NCBI GenBank assembly: GCA_021295775.1
Contig: JAGWBS010000002.1
Location: 31,986 to 95,985, forward strand
Reading direction: 5' to 3'
Origin: Pseudomonadota bacterium
Lineage (GTDB): Bacteria; Myxococcota_A; UBA9160; SZUA-336
DNA: 64,000 nucleotides
Positions within the stretch are counted from its first letter, which is position 1, and every line of letters starts with the position of its first letter. The notes under the pieces are model-generated. The model was not told the DNA's origin. It made no database searches and saw only the letters and a program-made list of their open reading frames with translations. Below are positions 43,223 to 54,069 of the stretch, piece after piece. Position numbers and translations under genes: made by a program.

Positions 43223-44089
43223 ATGGTCCGCGAACTGGTCGCCGCCGACACCGCCGAAGCCTGCAAGTTGCTGCGCGAGCGACCGCTCCACAACGTCTTC
43301 CTGGACCACGTGATCTCCAGCGGCATCCTCGGCCGCGCGCCCGGTTTCTACGGCTTCGCCCCGCGGGGACGGCTGGAAGCCATCCTGATGATCGGCCCGC
43401 TCGGCGGCACGATCCTGGAGGCGCGCGCCGAGGACGCCTACGAGCCGCTGGCCGAGTGCGCGGCCGCGGCCCGACCGCGGCCGCGCCACATCGTCGGCTG
43501 CGAGGAAGTCACCCGGCCCTTCTTCCGCGCCTACTCCCGGCGCGCCCCGGAGGTGATCTGGGAGCGGCGCGAACACTACTACGTGATCTCCGCGCGCGAC
43601 CGGGACGGGCAGGACCCGCGCTCCGAGGCCGAGATCGAGCAGGCCACCCAGCGGGACTTCGAAGCGACCCTCGCCAACAGCGCGCGGCAGCACCGCGAGG
43701 ACCTGAACGACGACCGCTACGGCGCCGACCCCGAAGGCTTCCGGCGACGTCACCTGCGCGATCTGCAGAACGGACGCTGGTGGGTGCTGCGCGAGCGCGG
43801 CGAGGTGGTCTTCCAGGTTCACGTCGGCGCGGAGAACCGGCAACTGGTTCAGCTCGGCGGGGTGATCACGGTGCCCGAAGCGCGCAGCCGCGGTCTGGCG
43901 ACGCGCGGCATGCAGGCGATCGTCGAGCACCTGCTGGCACGGCGGCCGGCGGTCGGCCTGTTCTGCAACGTGGCCAACCGCACCGCCTGCGGCGTCTACG
44001 AGCGCGTGGGCTTCCAGCGCGCCTTCGACTACCGCAGCTGGCTGCTCGACGAGCCCCTCGAGCCCGAGCGCGAAGCGACCTACGCCTGA
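43223..44089 (+). CDS. GNAT-family N-acetyltransferase (two-domain, DUF4081-like N-terminus)
   Basis: ATG at 43223 within track ORF 42992..44089. The C-terminal acetyl-CoA motif region is VPEARSRGLATRGMQAIVEHLL...GVYERVGF. Confidence 0.65.
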   Translation: MVRELVAADTAEACKLLRERPLHNVFLDHVISSGILGRAPGFYGFAPRGRLEAILMIGPLGGTILEARAEDAYEPLAECAAAARPRPRHIVGCEEVTRPFFRAYSRRAPEVIWERREHYYVISARDRDGQDPRSEAEIEQATQRDFEATLANSARQHREDLNDDRYGADPEGFRRRHLRDLQNGRWWVLRERGEVVFQVHVGAENRQLVQLGGVITVPEARSRGLATRGMQAIVEHLLARRPAVGLFCNVANRTACGVYERVGFQRAFDYRSWLLDEPLEPEREATYA

Positions 44090-44131
44090 AGCCCCAGGGG
44101 CGGCGTCCCCCGATCCCGAGTTCGAAAAGTC

Positions 44132-46066
<1,935 letters not shown>

Positions 46067-46112
46067 GCGCGGCTCCCGGAGCGCGGGCAGGCGGCTCGCC
46101 CGTTCCGCATGC

Positions 46113-47138
46113 TCAGCGCAGGCCGCGTCCGATCAGCTCTTCGGCGATCTGGACGGCGTTGGTGGCGGCGCCCTTGCGCAGATTGTCGCCGCACTCCCAA
46201 AACCACAGCCGGGAACTCGACAGATCCCGGCGCACGCGTCCGACCAGGACCTCGTCGCGGCCGGCGACCATGTCCTGAGTGGGGAAGCGGCCGCGCTCCG
46301 GCTCGTCGATCAACTCGATTCCGGGGAAGGCCGCGAAGGCCTCGCGCGCCTCCTCGGCCGAAAGCGGGCGCCCGGTCTCGACCAGCACGCTGGCGGCGTG
46401 TCCGACCGGCACCGGCACGCGCGTGCAGGTCATGGTCACGCGCAGCTCGGGATCGTCCAGGATCTTGCGCGTCTCGTGCAGCAGCTTGATCTCTTCGGTC
46501 GAATAGCCGTTGTCCAGGAAGGTTTCGCACAGCGGCACCACGTTGTCGGCGATCGGTGCGGCGAAGGCCCGCGGCTCCGGCCGCGGCTCTCCCGCCTGCC
46601 TCGCGCGCTGCTGGTTCTCCAGCTCCTCGAGCCCGGGCAGTCCGGCCCCGCTGACCGCTTGGAAGGTCGTCACGATGGCTTCGCGAACCTCCGCCACGCG
46701 GCGCAATGCCTCGAGGGTCATCGCGAGCGGAGTCGTGGTGCAGTTCGGACAGGAGACGATCCCCCGATGCTTTTCGACCGCGGCGCCGTTGACCTCCGGC
46801 ACGACCAGCGGCACGTCGGCCTCCATCCGCCAGGTGCTGGACTTGTCGATCGCCACCGCCCCGCGCCGCGCCGCCTCGGGCGCCAGCTCCTTGGAGAGCG
46901 AACCGGTGGCCGCGAAGAACACGAAGTCGACGCCGTCGAAAGCGTCCGGCTCCGCCAGGCGGACCGGCACGTCCTGCCCGCGAAAGCGCACCGTCGACCC
47001 TTCCGAGCGCGCGCTGGCGAGGGCGCGCAGCTCCGACACCGGAAAGGATCGCTCCTCGAGCACCCGCAGCAGCACCTCGCCGACAGCGCCGGTGGCGCCG
47101 ACCACGGCCACCGTTCTTCCGCGCTCGTCAACCGACAT
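46113..47138 (-). CDS. asd: Aspartate-semialdehyde dehydrogenase
   Basis: Start trimmed to ATG at 47138 ([24 protein letters not shown]...). Active-site motif SCPNCTT. 341 aa. Confidence 0.9.
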   Translation of the reverse strand: MSVDERGRTVAVVGATGAVGEVLLRVLEERSFPVSELRALASARSEGSTVRFRGQDVPVRLAEPDAFDGVDFVFFAATGSLSKELAPEAARRGAVAIDKSSTWRMEADVPLVVPEVNGAAVEKHRGIVSCPNCTTTPLAMTLEALRRVAEVREAIVTTFQAVSGAGLPGLEELENQQRARQAGEPRPEPRAFAAPIADNVVPLCETFLDNGYSTEEIKLLHETRKILDDPELRVTMTCTRVPVPVGHAASVLVETGRPLSAEEAREAFAAFPGIELIDEPERGRFPTQDMVAGRDEVLVGRVRRDLSSSRLWFWECGDNLRKGAATNAVQIAEELIGRGLR

Positions 47139-47277
47139 CCCGCTCTCCCAGGCGATCAGGGCGCACCATGCTAGTCCTTGCCGGGACTCGCCGCCAAACC
47201 CTCTGGAGCGGACCTCGAGACCGTCCTCGGGGTCCGGGGAGAGCTTCGCCCACCGGGGATCCGCTGCCGCGTCGTCC

Positions 47278-48522
47278 TCACAGCAGCAGGCCGGCGATGG
47301 CGCCGGTGAGGAAGGTGGCCAGGGAGCCGGCGGCGACCGCGCGCAGTCCGTCGCGGGCGATGTCCGCGCGGCGCTCGGGGGCCAGGCCGCCAAGTCCGCC
47401 GATCAGGATGGCGATCGAGCCCAGGTTGGCGAAGCCGCACAGGGCGTAGCTGGCGATGATCAGCGAGCGCGGGGACAGTTCGGCGCGCGCGGAGGACAGC
47501 ATTTCGTAGGCGACGAACTCGTTGAGGACGGTCTTGACGCCGAGCAGCTCGCCGACGCGCAGGGCGTCTTCGGCGGGCACGCCGAGCGCGAAGGCGACGG
47601 GCGCGAGCAGATAGCCCAGCAGGGCCTCGAAGGTCAGGTCCCCGGCGCCGAACCACGACCCGGCCGCCCCCAGCAGCGCGTTGAGCAGGTGGATCAGAGC
47701 GACGAAGGCGACCAGCATCGCGCCGATGTTCAGCGACAGGCGCAGACCCACGGCGGCGCCCTGCGCCGCGGCGTCGATCGCGTTGACCGATTCGGTGCCG
47801 ACGTCGATGCGCGCGCCGCCCAGCGTCTTCGGCTCGTCCTGCTCGGGGACCCACAGCTTGGCCAGCGCCACCGCCGCCGGGGCGGACATGAAGCTGGCGG
47901 CGATCAGGTGCGCGGAGTGCTCGGGCCCGACCAGGCCCATGTACGCGACCAGCACCGTGCCCGCCACCGTCGACAGTCCCGCCGTCATCACCAGGAACAG
48001 CTCGCTGCGCGTCAGCGCCGCGACGTAGGGCCGGATCATGACCGGCGCCTCGGTCATCCCGAAGAAGACATTGGCCGCGGTCGCCAGCGACTCGGCGCCG
48101 CTGATTCTCAGACTGCGATGGAGCAGCAGGGCCAGACCGCGTACCAGGCGCTGCAGGATCCCGTAGTGCTGCAGCACGCCGAACAGGCTGCTCATGAAGA
48201 TCAGGATCGGGAGCACGCGGAACGCGAACACCTGCGGCAGGGAGACGGGATCCCCCTCCACTCCCATCACCTGGGCGGGCCAGGCACCGAAGACGAATTC
48301 GATCCCGGCGTCCGCGGAGCGCGTCAGGGCGAGCACCGCGTCGTTCAGCCAGACGAAGAGCGCCCGGCCGGGGGCGGTGCGGAGCACCGCGAAGGCGATC
48401 AGGAACTGCACCCCGAGGGCGACGCCGACGGTGCGCCAGTCGACGGCCCGGCGGCGGGCCGACGCCAGCCAGGAGACGGCGACGATCCCGGCGATCCCGA
48501 GCAGGCCGATCCAGCGCTCCAA
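47278..48522 (-). CDS. NupC/NupG-family concentrative nucleoside transporter
   Basis: 414 aa polytopic membrane protein. N-terminus GLLGIAGIVAVSWLASARRRAVDWRTVGVALGVQFLIAF and C-terminal CGFANLGSIAILIGGLG are typical of CNT transporters. Confidence 0.85.
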   Translation of the reverse strand: MERWIGLLGIAGIVAVSWLASARRRAVDWRTVGVALGVQFLIAFAVLRTAPGRALFVWLNDAVLALTRSADAGIEFVFGAWPAQVMGVEGDPVSLPQVFAFRVLPILIFMSSLFGVLQHYGILQRLVRGLALLLHRSLRISGAESLATAANVFFGMTEAPVMIRPYVAALTRSELFLVMTAGLSTVAGTVLVAYMGLVGPEHSAHLIAASFMSAPAAVALAKLWVPEQDEPKTLGGARIDVGTESVNAIDAAAQGAAVGLRLSLNIGAMLVAFVALIHLLNALLGAAGSWFGAGDLTFEALLGYLLAPVAFALGVPAEDALRVGELLGVKTVLNEFVAYEMLSSARAELSPRSLIIASYALCGFANLGSIAILIGGLGGLAPERRADIARDGLRAVAAGSLATFLTGAIAGLLL

Positions 48523-48525
48523 GCT

Positions 48526-49161
48526 CTAGGCCCTCCCCGCGGCTTCGAAACGCCGCTGCAGCTCGCGCGTGGCGGCGGCGGGGACGGCGGCGTCCGCGAC
48601 CGCGCCGATCAGGGCCGCCGCGGCCGCCCCCGCGCGCGCGACCCCGTCGATGTTCTCCGCATCGATTCCGCCGATCGCCACCACCGGGTGCCGGGCGGCG
48701 GCGACCGCCTCCGCCAGCCGCTCCAGGCCGCGCGCGGAGTACTCCGAGGTCTTGGAGCGGGTTCCGAAGACGGGACCGAAGCCGATGTAGTCGATCGGCC
48801 GATCCCGGCTCTGGCGCACCTGCTCCAGCGTGTGGGTCGAGAGCCCGATCGCCAGGCGTTCCCGCAGCGGCGCGGGGATCTCTTCGGGGGCTACGTCGTC
48901 CTGGCCGAGATGCACGCCTTCGGCCCCGGCCAGATCCGCCAGGTCGAAACGGTCGTTGACGATCAGCGCCGCTCCGGCAAAGCGGCAGCGCCCGACGGCC
49001 CAGCGCGCCAGCTCGAGCGCCTGGGCATCGGGCGTGCGCTTCAGGCGGAGCTGGACCGCGATCGCGCCGCCGGCGATCGCGCCTTCCACCACCCGGCGCG
49101 CGGGCCAACGGCGCTCCGGCGCGTCGTCGGCCAGCGCACACACCCCCCGCAGCGGAATCAA
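48526..49161 (-). CDS. thiE: Thiamine-phosphate synthase
   Basis: 211 aa. Has VQLRLK, NDRFDLA, GVHLGQDD and IGGI motifs. Overlaps the upstream regulator stop by 4 nt. Confidence 0.85.
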   Translation of the reverse strand: MIPLRGVCALADDAPERRWPARRVVEGAIAGGAIAVQLRLKRTPDAQALELARWAVGRCRFAGAALIVNDRFDLADLAGAEGVHLGQDDVAPEEIPAPLRERLAIGLSTHTLEQVRQSRDRPIDYIGFGPVFGTRSKTSEYSARGLERLAEAVAAARHPVVAIGGIDAENIDGVARAGAAAAALIGAVADAAVPAAATRELQRRFEAAGRA

Positions 49162-50582
49162 GCGTCTTCCCGATCGCGCAGGCCCAGTTCCGACATCTTC
49201 TTGCGCAGCGTGTTGCGGTTGATGCCCAACAGACCGGCCGCGCGGATCTGGTTCCGGCCGGAGCGCTCCAGGGCCTCTTCGATGATGGACCGTTCGAGAC
49301 GTTCGACGAAGCCCCAGTAGGGTCCCCGCTCGCCGTCGGGGCGCGGCTGGTCGAGAACCTTGCCGAACTCCTCGCGCGCCGCGCGGGTCCAGTCGTCGTC
49401 GCGCGAGGCGGGCGGCTGCGCGGCATCGCGCACGTCCTCGAGCGAGATCACGTCCCCCGAGGACAGCACCAGGGCCCGTTTCACGACGTTCTCCAGCTCG
49501 CGCACGTTGCCGGGCCAGGGCAGCTCGCCCAGCCAGTCCAGCGCCGCCTGGGTGGGCCAGCGCCGCGGGACGTCCAGCTCGCGCGCAAAGCGCTCCACGA
49601 AGTGCTGCATCAGCGGGCCGATGTCGCTGCGCCGCTCGCGCAGCGGCGCGATCTGCAGCGGCACGACGTTGAGCCGGAAATACAGGTCTTCCCGGAAGCT
49701 GCGCTCCCGGACGCGCGCCTCCAGGTCCTGGTGGGTCGCCGCCAGGATCCGCACGTCGATCGGCAGCGCCTGCTTGCCGCCCAGCGGCGTGACTTCTCTT
49801 TCCTGCAGCACGCGCAGCAGCTTGGCCTGCAGGCCGGGCGGGAGGTCGCCGACCTCGTCGAGCAGCAGGCTGCCGCCCGCGGCCTCGCGGAAGCGTCCCG
49901 CCCGCGCCTCGGTGGCACCGGTGTAGGCGCCGCGCTCGTGGCCGAAGAGCTCCGCCTCGATCAGCTCCGAGGGCAGGGCCGACATGTTCACCGCCACGAA
50001 CGGCCCTTCGCTGCGCCGGCTGTGATAGTGGATCGCCCGGGCGACCAGCTCCTTGCCCGTGCCGCTCTCGCCCCGGATCAGGACCGACGCCTCGCTGGCC
50101 GCGACGCGCCCGATCAGCTTGAGCGTCTCGAGCATCGCCGAGCTCTGGCCGACCAGGGTCTCGCCCTCCCGGAAGGCCTGGCCCAGCTCGCGGCGCAGCC
50201 GGGTGACCTCGCCGCGCAGGCGGCGCTGCTGCTCGACCTTGGCGACCAGGGCCTCGATCTGCTTCAGGTCGAAGGGCTTGGTCAGGTAGTCGAAGGCGCC
50301 GCGCTTCATCGCCTCGATGGCGTTTTCGAAGGTGTTCTGCGCGGTCATGATGATCACGTCGGGCCCGCCGCCCCGCTGGCGCAACTCTTCGAGCAGTTCC
50401 AGGCCCGAGGTGCCCGGCATCAGGATGTCGAAGAAGGCCAGGTCGAAGCGCTCGCCGGCCAACTGCTCGCGCGCGGCGTCGCCGTCGGCGGCCTCGACCA
50501 CCTGGTTGCCCGAGTCCTCCAGCGCTTCGCGCAGCACGAAGCGGATCGATTCCTCGTCGTCGGCAATCAGAATGCGACTCAT
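49158..50582 (-). CDS. Sigma-54-dependent response regulator (NtrC family)
   Basis: 474 aa. Receiver domain (ILIADDE...FDILMPG), AAA+ domain with GESGTGKE and the GAYTGA-type motif, and a C-terminal Fis-type HTH (AAGLLGINRNTLRKKM). Confidence 0.9.
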   Translation of the reverse strand: MSRILIADDEESIRFVLREALEDSGNQVVEAADGDAAREQLAGERFDLAFFDILMPGTSGLELLEELRQRGGGPDVIIMTAQNTFENAIEAMKRGAFDYLTKPFDLKQIEALVAKVEQQRRLRGEVTRLRRELGQAFREGETLVGQSSAMLETLKLIGRVAASEASVLIRGESGTGKELVARAIHYHSRRSEGPFVAVNMSALPSELIEAELFGHERGAYTGATEARAGRFREAAGGSLLLDEVGDLPPGLQAKLLRVLQEREVTPLGGKQALPIDVRILAATHQDLEARVRERSFREDLYFRLNVVPLQIAPLRERRSDIGPLMQHFVERFARELDVPRRWPTQAALDWLGELPWPGNVRELENVVKRALVLSSGDVISLEDVRDAAQPPASRDDDWTRAAREEFGKVLDQPRPDGERGPYWGFVERLERSIIEEALERSGRNQIRAAGLLGINRNTLRKKMSELGLRDREDA

Positions 50583-51670
50583 TCGTCCCTCCGCAGCGGC
50601 AGCCGCACGCTCACGCGCGTGCCCTCTCCGACCCGGCTCGAGATCTGAATCCGCCCGCCGTGCCGCACCACCCAGTGCTGGGCGATCGCCAGTCCAAGGC
50701 CCGTCCCCCCCGAGCGGCGGCGCGAGAAGAAGGGCGTGAAGACATGCGGCAGGTCCTCTTCGGGGATGCCCCGGCCGGAGTCGATCACGTCCACGCGCAC
50801 CATGTGCAGCGGACGCTCGCCCTCGGAGAGGTGGTAGTCGGCCTCGACGCGCGTCCTCAGCACCAGCGTGCCGGAGTGGTCGATCGCCTGGGCGGCGTTG
50901 CGGATCAGGTTGAGAAAGACCTGGGTGATGCGGTCCGAGTCCAGCCGCAGCTCGGGGATGCTCGGGTCGTATTCCCGCCGGTAGCGCACGCGCTTCCAGT
51001 TCTCCGACTGCCCCTGCAGGTCCAGCAGGTTGTCCAGCAGCGCGTGCAGATTGTCGGGCCGCAGACGCAGATCTCCCCCCTGGGTCAGTTCCGAGAGGTC
51101 GTCGAGCAGGCGGCGCATGCGATCCGCCTCGCCGCGGATCAGGCGCGGAAAGCGGCTCAGCCCGTCGTCGCCAAGCTTGCCGAGCAGCAGCTCGGCGGCG
51201 CCGCGGATGCCGCCCAGCGGGTTGCGCAGCTCGTGCGCCATGCCGGCGGCCAGGCGCGCGAAGACTTCCGAGCGCGTCTCCTGGTCGGCGCGCTGTTCGA
51301 GCTCCTGGCGGATGGTCCGGTCGTACAGCAGCGCCACCACGCCGCCCGGGGGATTGGCGTGGGGCACGGCCGACACGGCCGCGTCCACGATCCGCTCCTC
51401 GCCGGCCAGCCGCGGCGGGATGCGGAGCGCGTTGAAGGCCAGGTCGCGGTCGCCGTCCAGCGTCTCGCGGATCAGCTCCGACAGCGGGTGGTCCGCGCCG
51501 TAGCCCTGCTCGAACGGACGGCCGATCGCGGTCTCGGCCGAGATTCCCAGGATGCGGCTGGCCTCCACGTTCTGAAGCTCCACCACGCCCTGGCCGTCCA
51601 CCGCGACGATTCCCGCGCGCACCGCTCCCAGGATCTCGTCGAGGCGCTTGAGGTCGGGTGTCGCGGGCAT
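50579..51670 (-). CDS. PAS-domain sensor histidine kinase (NtrB-like)
   Basis: 363 aa. H-box AAGMAHELRNPLGGI. N, G1 and G2 boxes present (NLIRNA, DSGRGIP, GGTGLGLAI). 4-nt overlap with the regulator gene. Confidence 0.9.
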   Translation of the reverse strand: MPATPDLKRLDEILGAVRAGIVAVDGQGVVELQNVEASRILGISAETAIGRPFEQGYGADHPLSELIRETLDGDRDLAFNALRIPPRLAGEERIVDAAVSAVPHANPPGGVVALLYDRTIRQELEQRADQETRSEVFARLAAGMAHELRNPLGGIRGAAELLLGKLGDDGLSRFPRLIRGEADRMRRLLDDLSELTQGGDLRLRPDNLHALLDNLLDLQGQSENWKRVRYRREYDPSIPELRLDSDRITQVFLNLIRNAAQAIDHSGTLVLRTRVEADYHLSEGERPLHMVRVDVIDSGRGIPEEDLPHVFTPFFSRRRSGGTGLGLAIAQHWVVRHGGRIQISSRVGEGTRVSVRLPLRRDE

Positions 51671-51754
51671 GGCCGGTCCGGTTGCATTTCCCGCACGCGC
51701 CGGGGGATCTTCCCCGTTGCCCGCGCGCGGCTGGCGTTTGGGGCGCGGCGTCGA

Positions 51755-51773
51755 TTGCCTAACCTATAGGCAA
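51755..51773. promoter_or_regulatory. 7-5-7 inverted repeat TTGCCTA-ACCTA-TAGGCAA in the divergent ntrB-like/moeA intergenic region (candidate operator)
   Basis: The perfect 7-bp arms were read directly. It lies in a locally less GC-rich patch 53 nt upstream of the moeA ATG. No regulator can be assigned. Confidence 0.25.
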
Positions 51774-51825
51774 GCAACCGCGTCTGCGCCGGTCGGGCCG
51801 CGGGCGGCCGTTCACGGAGAGTCGA

Positions 51826-53082
51826 ATGACACAGGCCCGGATCCGGCCGCAGAGGCAGTCGATCACGGTGAGCGAGGCGCGCGAACTGGTGCTGGCTTCG
51901 GCCCACCCGCTGCCGTCCGAGACCGTGGGACTGACCGAGTGCCCGGGCCGGGTCCTGGCCGAAGACGTCGCCGCGGACATCTCCATTCCCCCGGCCGACA
52001 ACTCGGCGATGGACGGCTTCGCCGTGCGCGCGGCGGACGTCTCGGAAGTTCCCGCCGAGCTGCGCGTGGTGGACGACCTGCCGGCCGGCCGGGAATCCCG
52101 CAAACCCGTCGGCGCCGGGGAGGCGGCCCGCATCATGACGGGCGCGGCGATCCCGGAGGGCGCGGATGCGGTGGTGATGATCGAGGACACCGAGCCGCTG
52201 GCCGGGGGGGTGAGGATCCTGGCCACGGCCGAACCCGGCCAGCACGTCCGCCGCGCGGGCTCGGACGTGAGTCCGGGCACTCCGATCGCGAGCGCCGGCG
52301 ACGCCTTGCGTCCGGCGCTGGTCGGCATGCTGGCGGCCATCGGGCGCACCGCGGTGCGGGTCCGCCAGCGCCCGACGGTGGCGGTGCTGGCCACCGGGGA
52401 CGAGCTGGTCGAGCCGGACCGCCTGCGCGACGACGGCCGGATCGTCTCCTCCAACTCCTACAACCTGCAGGCCGCCCTGAAGGAGATCGGAGCCCGGCCG
52501 GTCTACCTGGGGATCTCTCCCGACGAACCCGACCGGATCGAGGACCGGTTTCGCCAGGCGCTGCGCTGCGACGTGGTGATCTCGACCGGGGGCGTCTCGG
52601 TGGGCGACCGCGACTGGATCAAGCAGGTCCTGGCGGGACTGGGCGGCGAGATGCGGCTGTGGCGGGTGCGGATGCGGCCCGGCGCGCCGCTGGCCTTCGT
52701 GGTCGCCGAGGAGCGGCCGGTCTTCGGCCTGCCGGGCAATCCCGTCTCCACGCTGGTCGCCTTCGAGCAGTTCGTGCGGCCCGTCCTGCTGCGGATGATG
52801 GGCCACCGGCGCGTGTTCCGGCCCGTCGCGTCCGCGATCCTGGAGCGCGACTACCGCAAGCCGGCGGGGCGAATGCACTTCGTGCGCGTGAGCCTGAGCG
52901 AGCGGGACGGACGCCTGCACGCCACCCCCACCGGGGACCAGGCGTCGAACATCCTGCTGTCGATGGTTCGGGCGGACGCGCTGGCAATCGTCGACGCCGA
53001 GGCGACGCGGGTGGCGGCCGGCACTCCGGTCCCGGTGCAGCTGATCCTGCGCGACGACCTGCGCGAGGATCCCGGCTTTTGA
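51826..53082 (+). CDS. moeA: Molybdopterin molybdotransferase
   Basis: 418 aa. Has PPADNSAMDGFAVRAAD, ATGDEL and STGGVSVGDRD motifs. Confidence 0.9.
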   Translation: MTQARIRPQRQSITVSEARELVLASAHPLPSETVGLTECPGRVLAEDVAADISIPPADNSAMDGFAVRAADVSEVPAELRVVDDLPAGRESRKPVGAGEAARIMTGAAIPEGADAVVMIEDTEPLAGGVRILATAEPGQHVRRAGSDVSPGTPIASAGDALRPALVGMLAAIGRTAVRVRQRPTVAVLATGDELVEPDRLRDDGRIVSSNSYNLQAALKEIGARPVYLGISPDEPDRIEDRFRQALRCDVVISTGGVSVGDRDWIKQVLAGLGGEMRLWRVRMRPGAPLAFVVAEERPVFGLPGNPVSTLVAFEQFVRPVLLRMMGHRRVFRPVASAILERDYRKPAGRMHFVRVSLSERDGRLHATPTGDQASNILLSMVRADALAIVDAEATRVAAGTPVPVQLILRDDLREDPGF

Positions 53083-53501
53083 TCCTGCACGTCGAGGCCG
53101 CGGTGTGCCCGGGCCCGGCCCAGGAGCGCACGGCGGCGGTCCTGAGCGAGTGCGTCGCCCGCGTGTGGCGCCCCGCCGGCCGGGAGACCGAATCGAGCTT
53201 CGACGTCCTGCGCGCGGCGCTGGGCGAATGCGGCTCCGCCGGAGTGCTGCTGGCGACCGCGGACCTGCGGCGGATCGAAGCTCGCGCCGCGCTGGCGATC
53301 CTGGCGCTGGTCGCGGCGGTCGACGCCCCCGACATCGTGGCGCCGAGCTGCGACGCCGGCGAGGTGCCCCCGCTGGCCTTCTACCACCGGCGGCTGCTGG
53401 GCCGAATGGACGCCGGGACCGGCGACCTGCCGGCGCTGCTGGCGGGGGCGGAGGTGCTCTGGATCCCGCTCGAAGAGCTGCGCCCTCTGGGGTGGAGCTG
53501 A
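53079..53501 (+). CDS. Hypothetical protein translationally coupled to moeA (possibly a divergent/truncated MobA-like protein)
   Basis: Tail of track ORF 51648..53501. TTG at 53079 overlaps the moeA stop. Strong GC3 bias in this frame. No diagnostic motif. The start is uncertain. Confidence 0.4.
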   Translation: MILHVEAAVCPGPAQERTAAVLSECVARVWRPAGRETESSFDVLRAALGECGSAGVLLATADLRRIEARAALAILALVAAVDAPDIVAPSCDAGEVPPLAFYHRRLLGRMDAGTGDLPALLAGAEVLWIPLEELRPLGWS

Positions 53502-53565
53502 ACGCCGGGGACTCGATCCGGTCCGACCGCGGACGTCCTCGGTTCCCGGTCCGTTTCGGAGCCCC

Positions 53566-54069
53566 CTAGTCCGCCCCGGACGCGGCGCGGTCCAGCAGCA
53601 GGGTCGTGCGCGCGCCCGGAATCTGGCGCAGGTGGACGAAGCGGCCGCCCAGGTCCTCGATCGCCGCCTGCTCCGGAATCCGCTCCCCGCGGTACTCGCC
53701 GCCCTTGCAGGCGATGTCGGGGCGGAGGGCCCGGATCAGCGGCCCGGCGTCGTTCTCGCCGAACAGGACCACGCGCTCCACGCAGGCGAGCGCCGCGACC
53801 ATCTCCGCGCGCCGCCGCTCGCCGACGAGCGGACGCCCCGCGCCCTTGAGCTCGCGCACCCGACGGTCGCGGTTGACCCCCACGACCAGAATGTCGCCCA
53901 ACTCCCGCGCGGCCTCGAAGCTGCGCACGTGTCCGATGTGCAGCAGGTCGAAGCAGCCGCTCGTGAACACCACGCGCTGGCCGCCGCGACGCCAGCGGGC
54001 GATCTCGCGCGCCAGCTCACGGCGCGTCCGGACGCGTCGCCTCGCCGGTTCCGGAGTCTTCGTCGCCAT
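53566..54069 (-). CDS. Cytidylyltransferase-fold D-beta-D-heptose 1-phosphate adenylyltransferase-like protein (RfaE domain II-like)
   Basis: 167 aa. Has FTSGCFDLLHIGH (HxGH) and VVGVNRD. The annotated start overlaps the upstream AsmA-like gene by 53 nt, so the start is uncertain. Confidence 0.75.
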   Translation of the reverse strand: MATKTPEPARRRVRTRRELAREIARWRRGGQRVVFTSGCFDLLHIGHVRSFEAARELGDILVVGVNRDRRVRELKGAGRPLVGERRRAEMVAALACVERVVLFGENDAGPLIRALRPDIACKGGEYRGERIPEQAAIEDLGGRFVHLRQIPGARTTLLLDRAASGAD

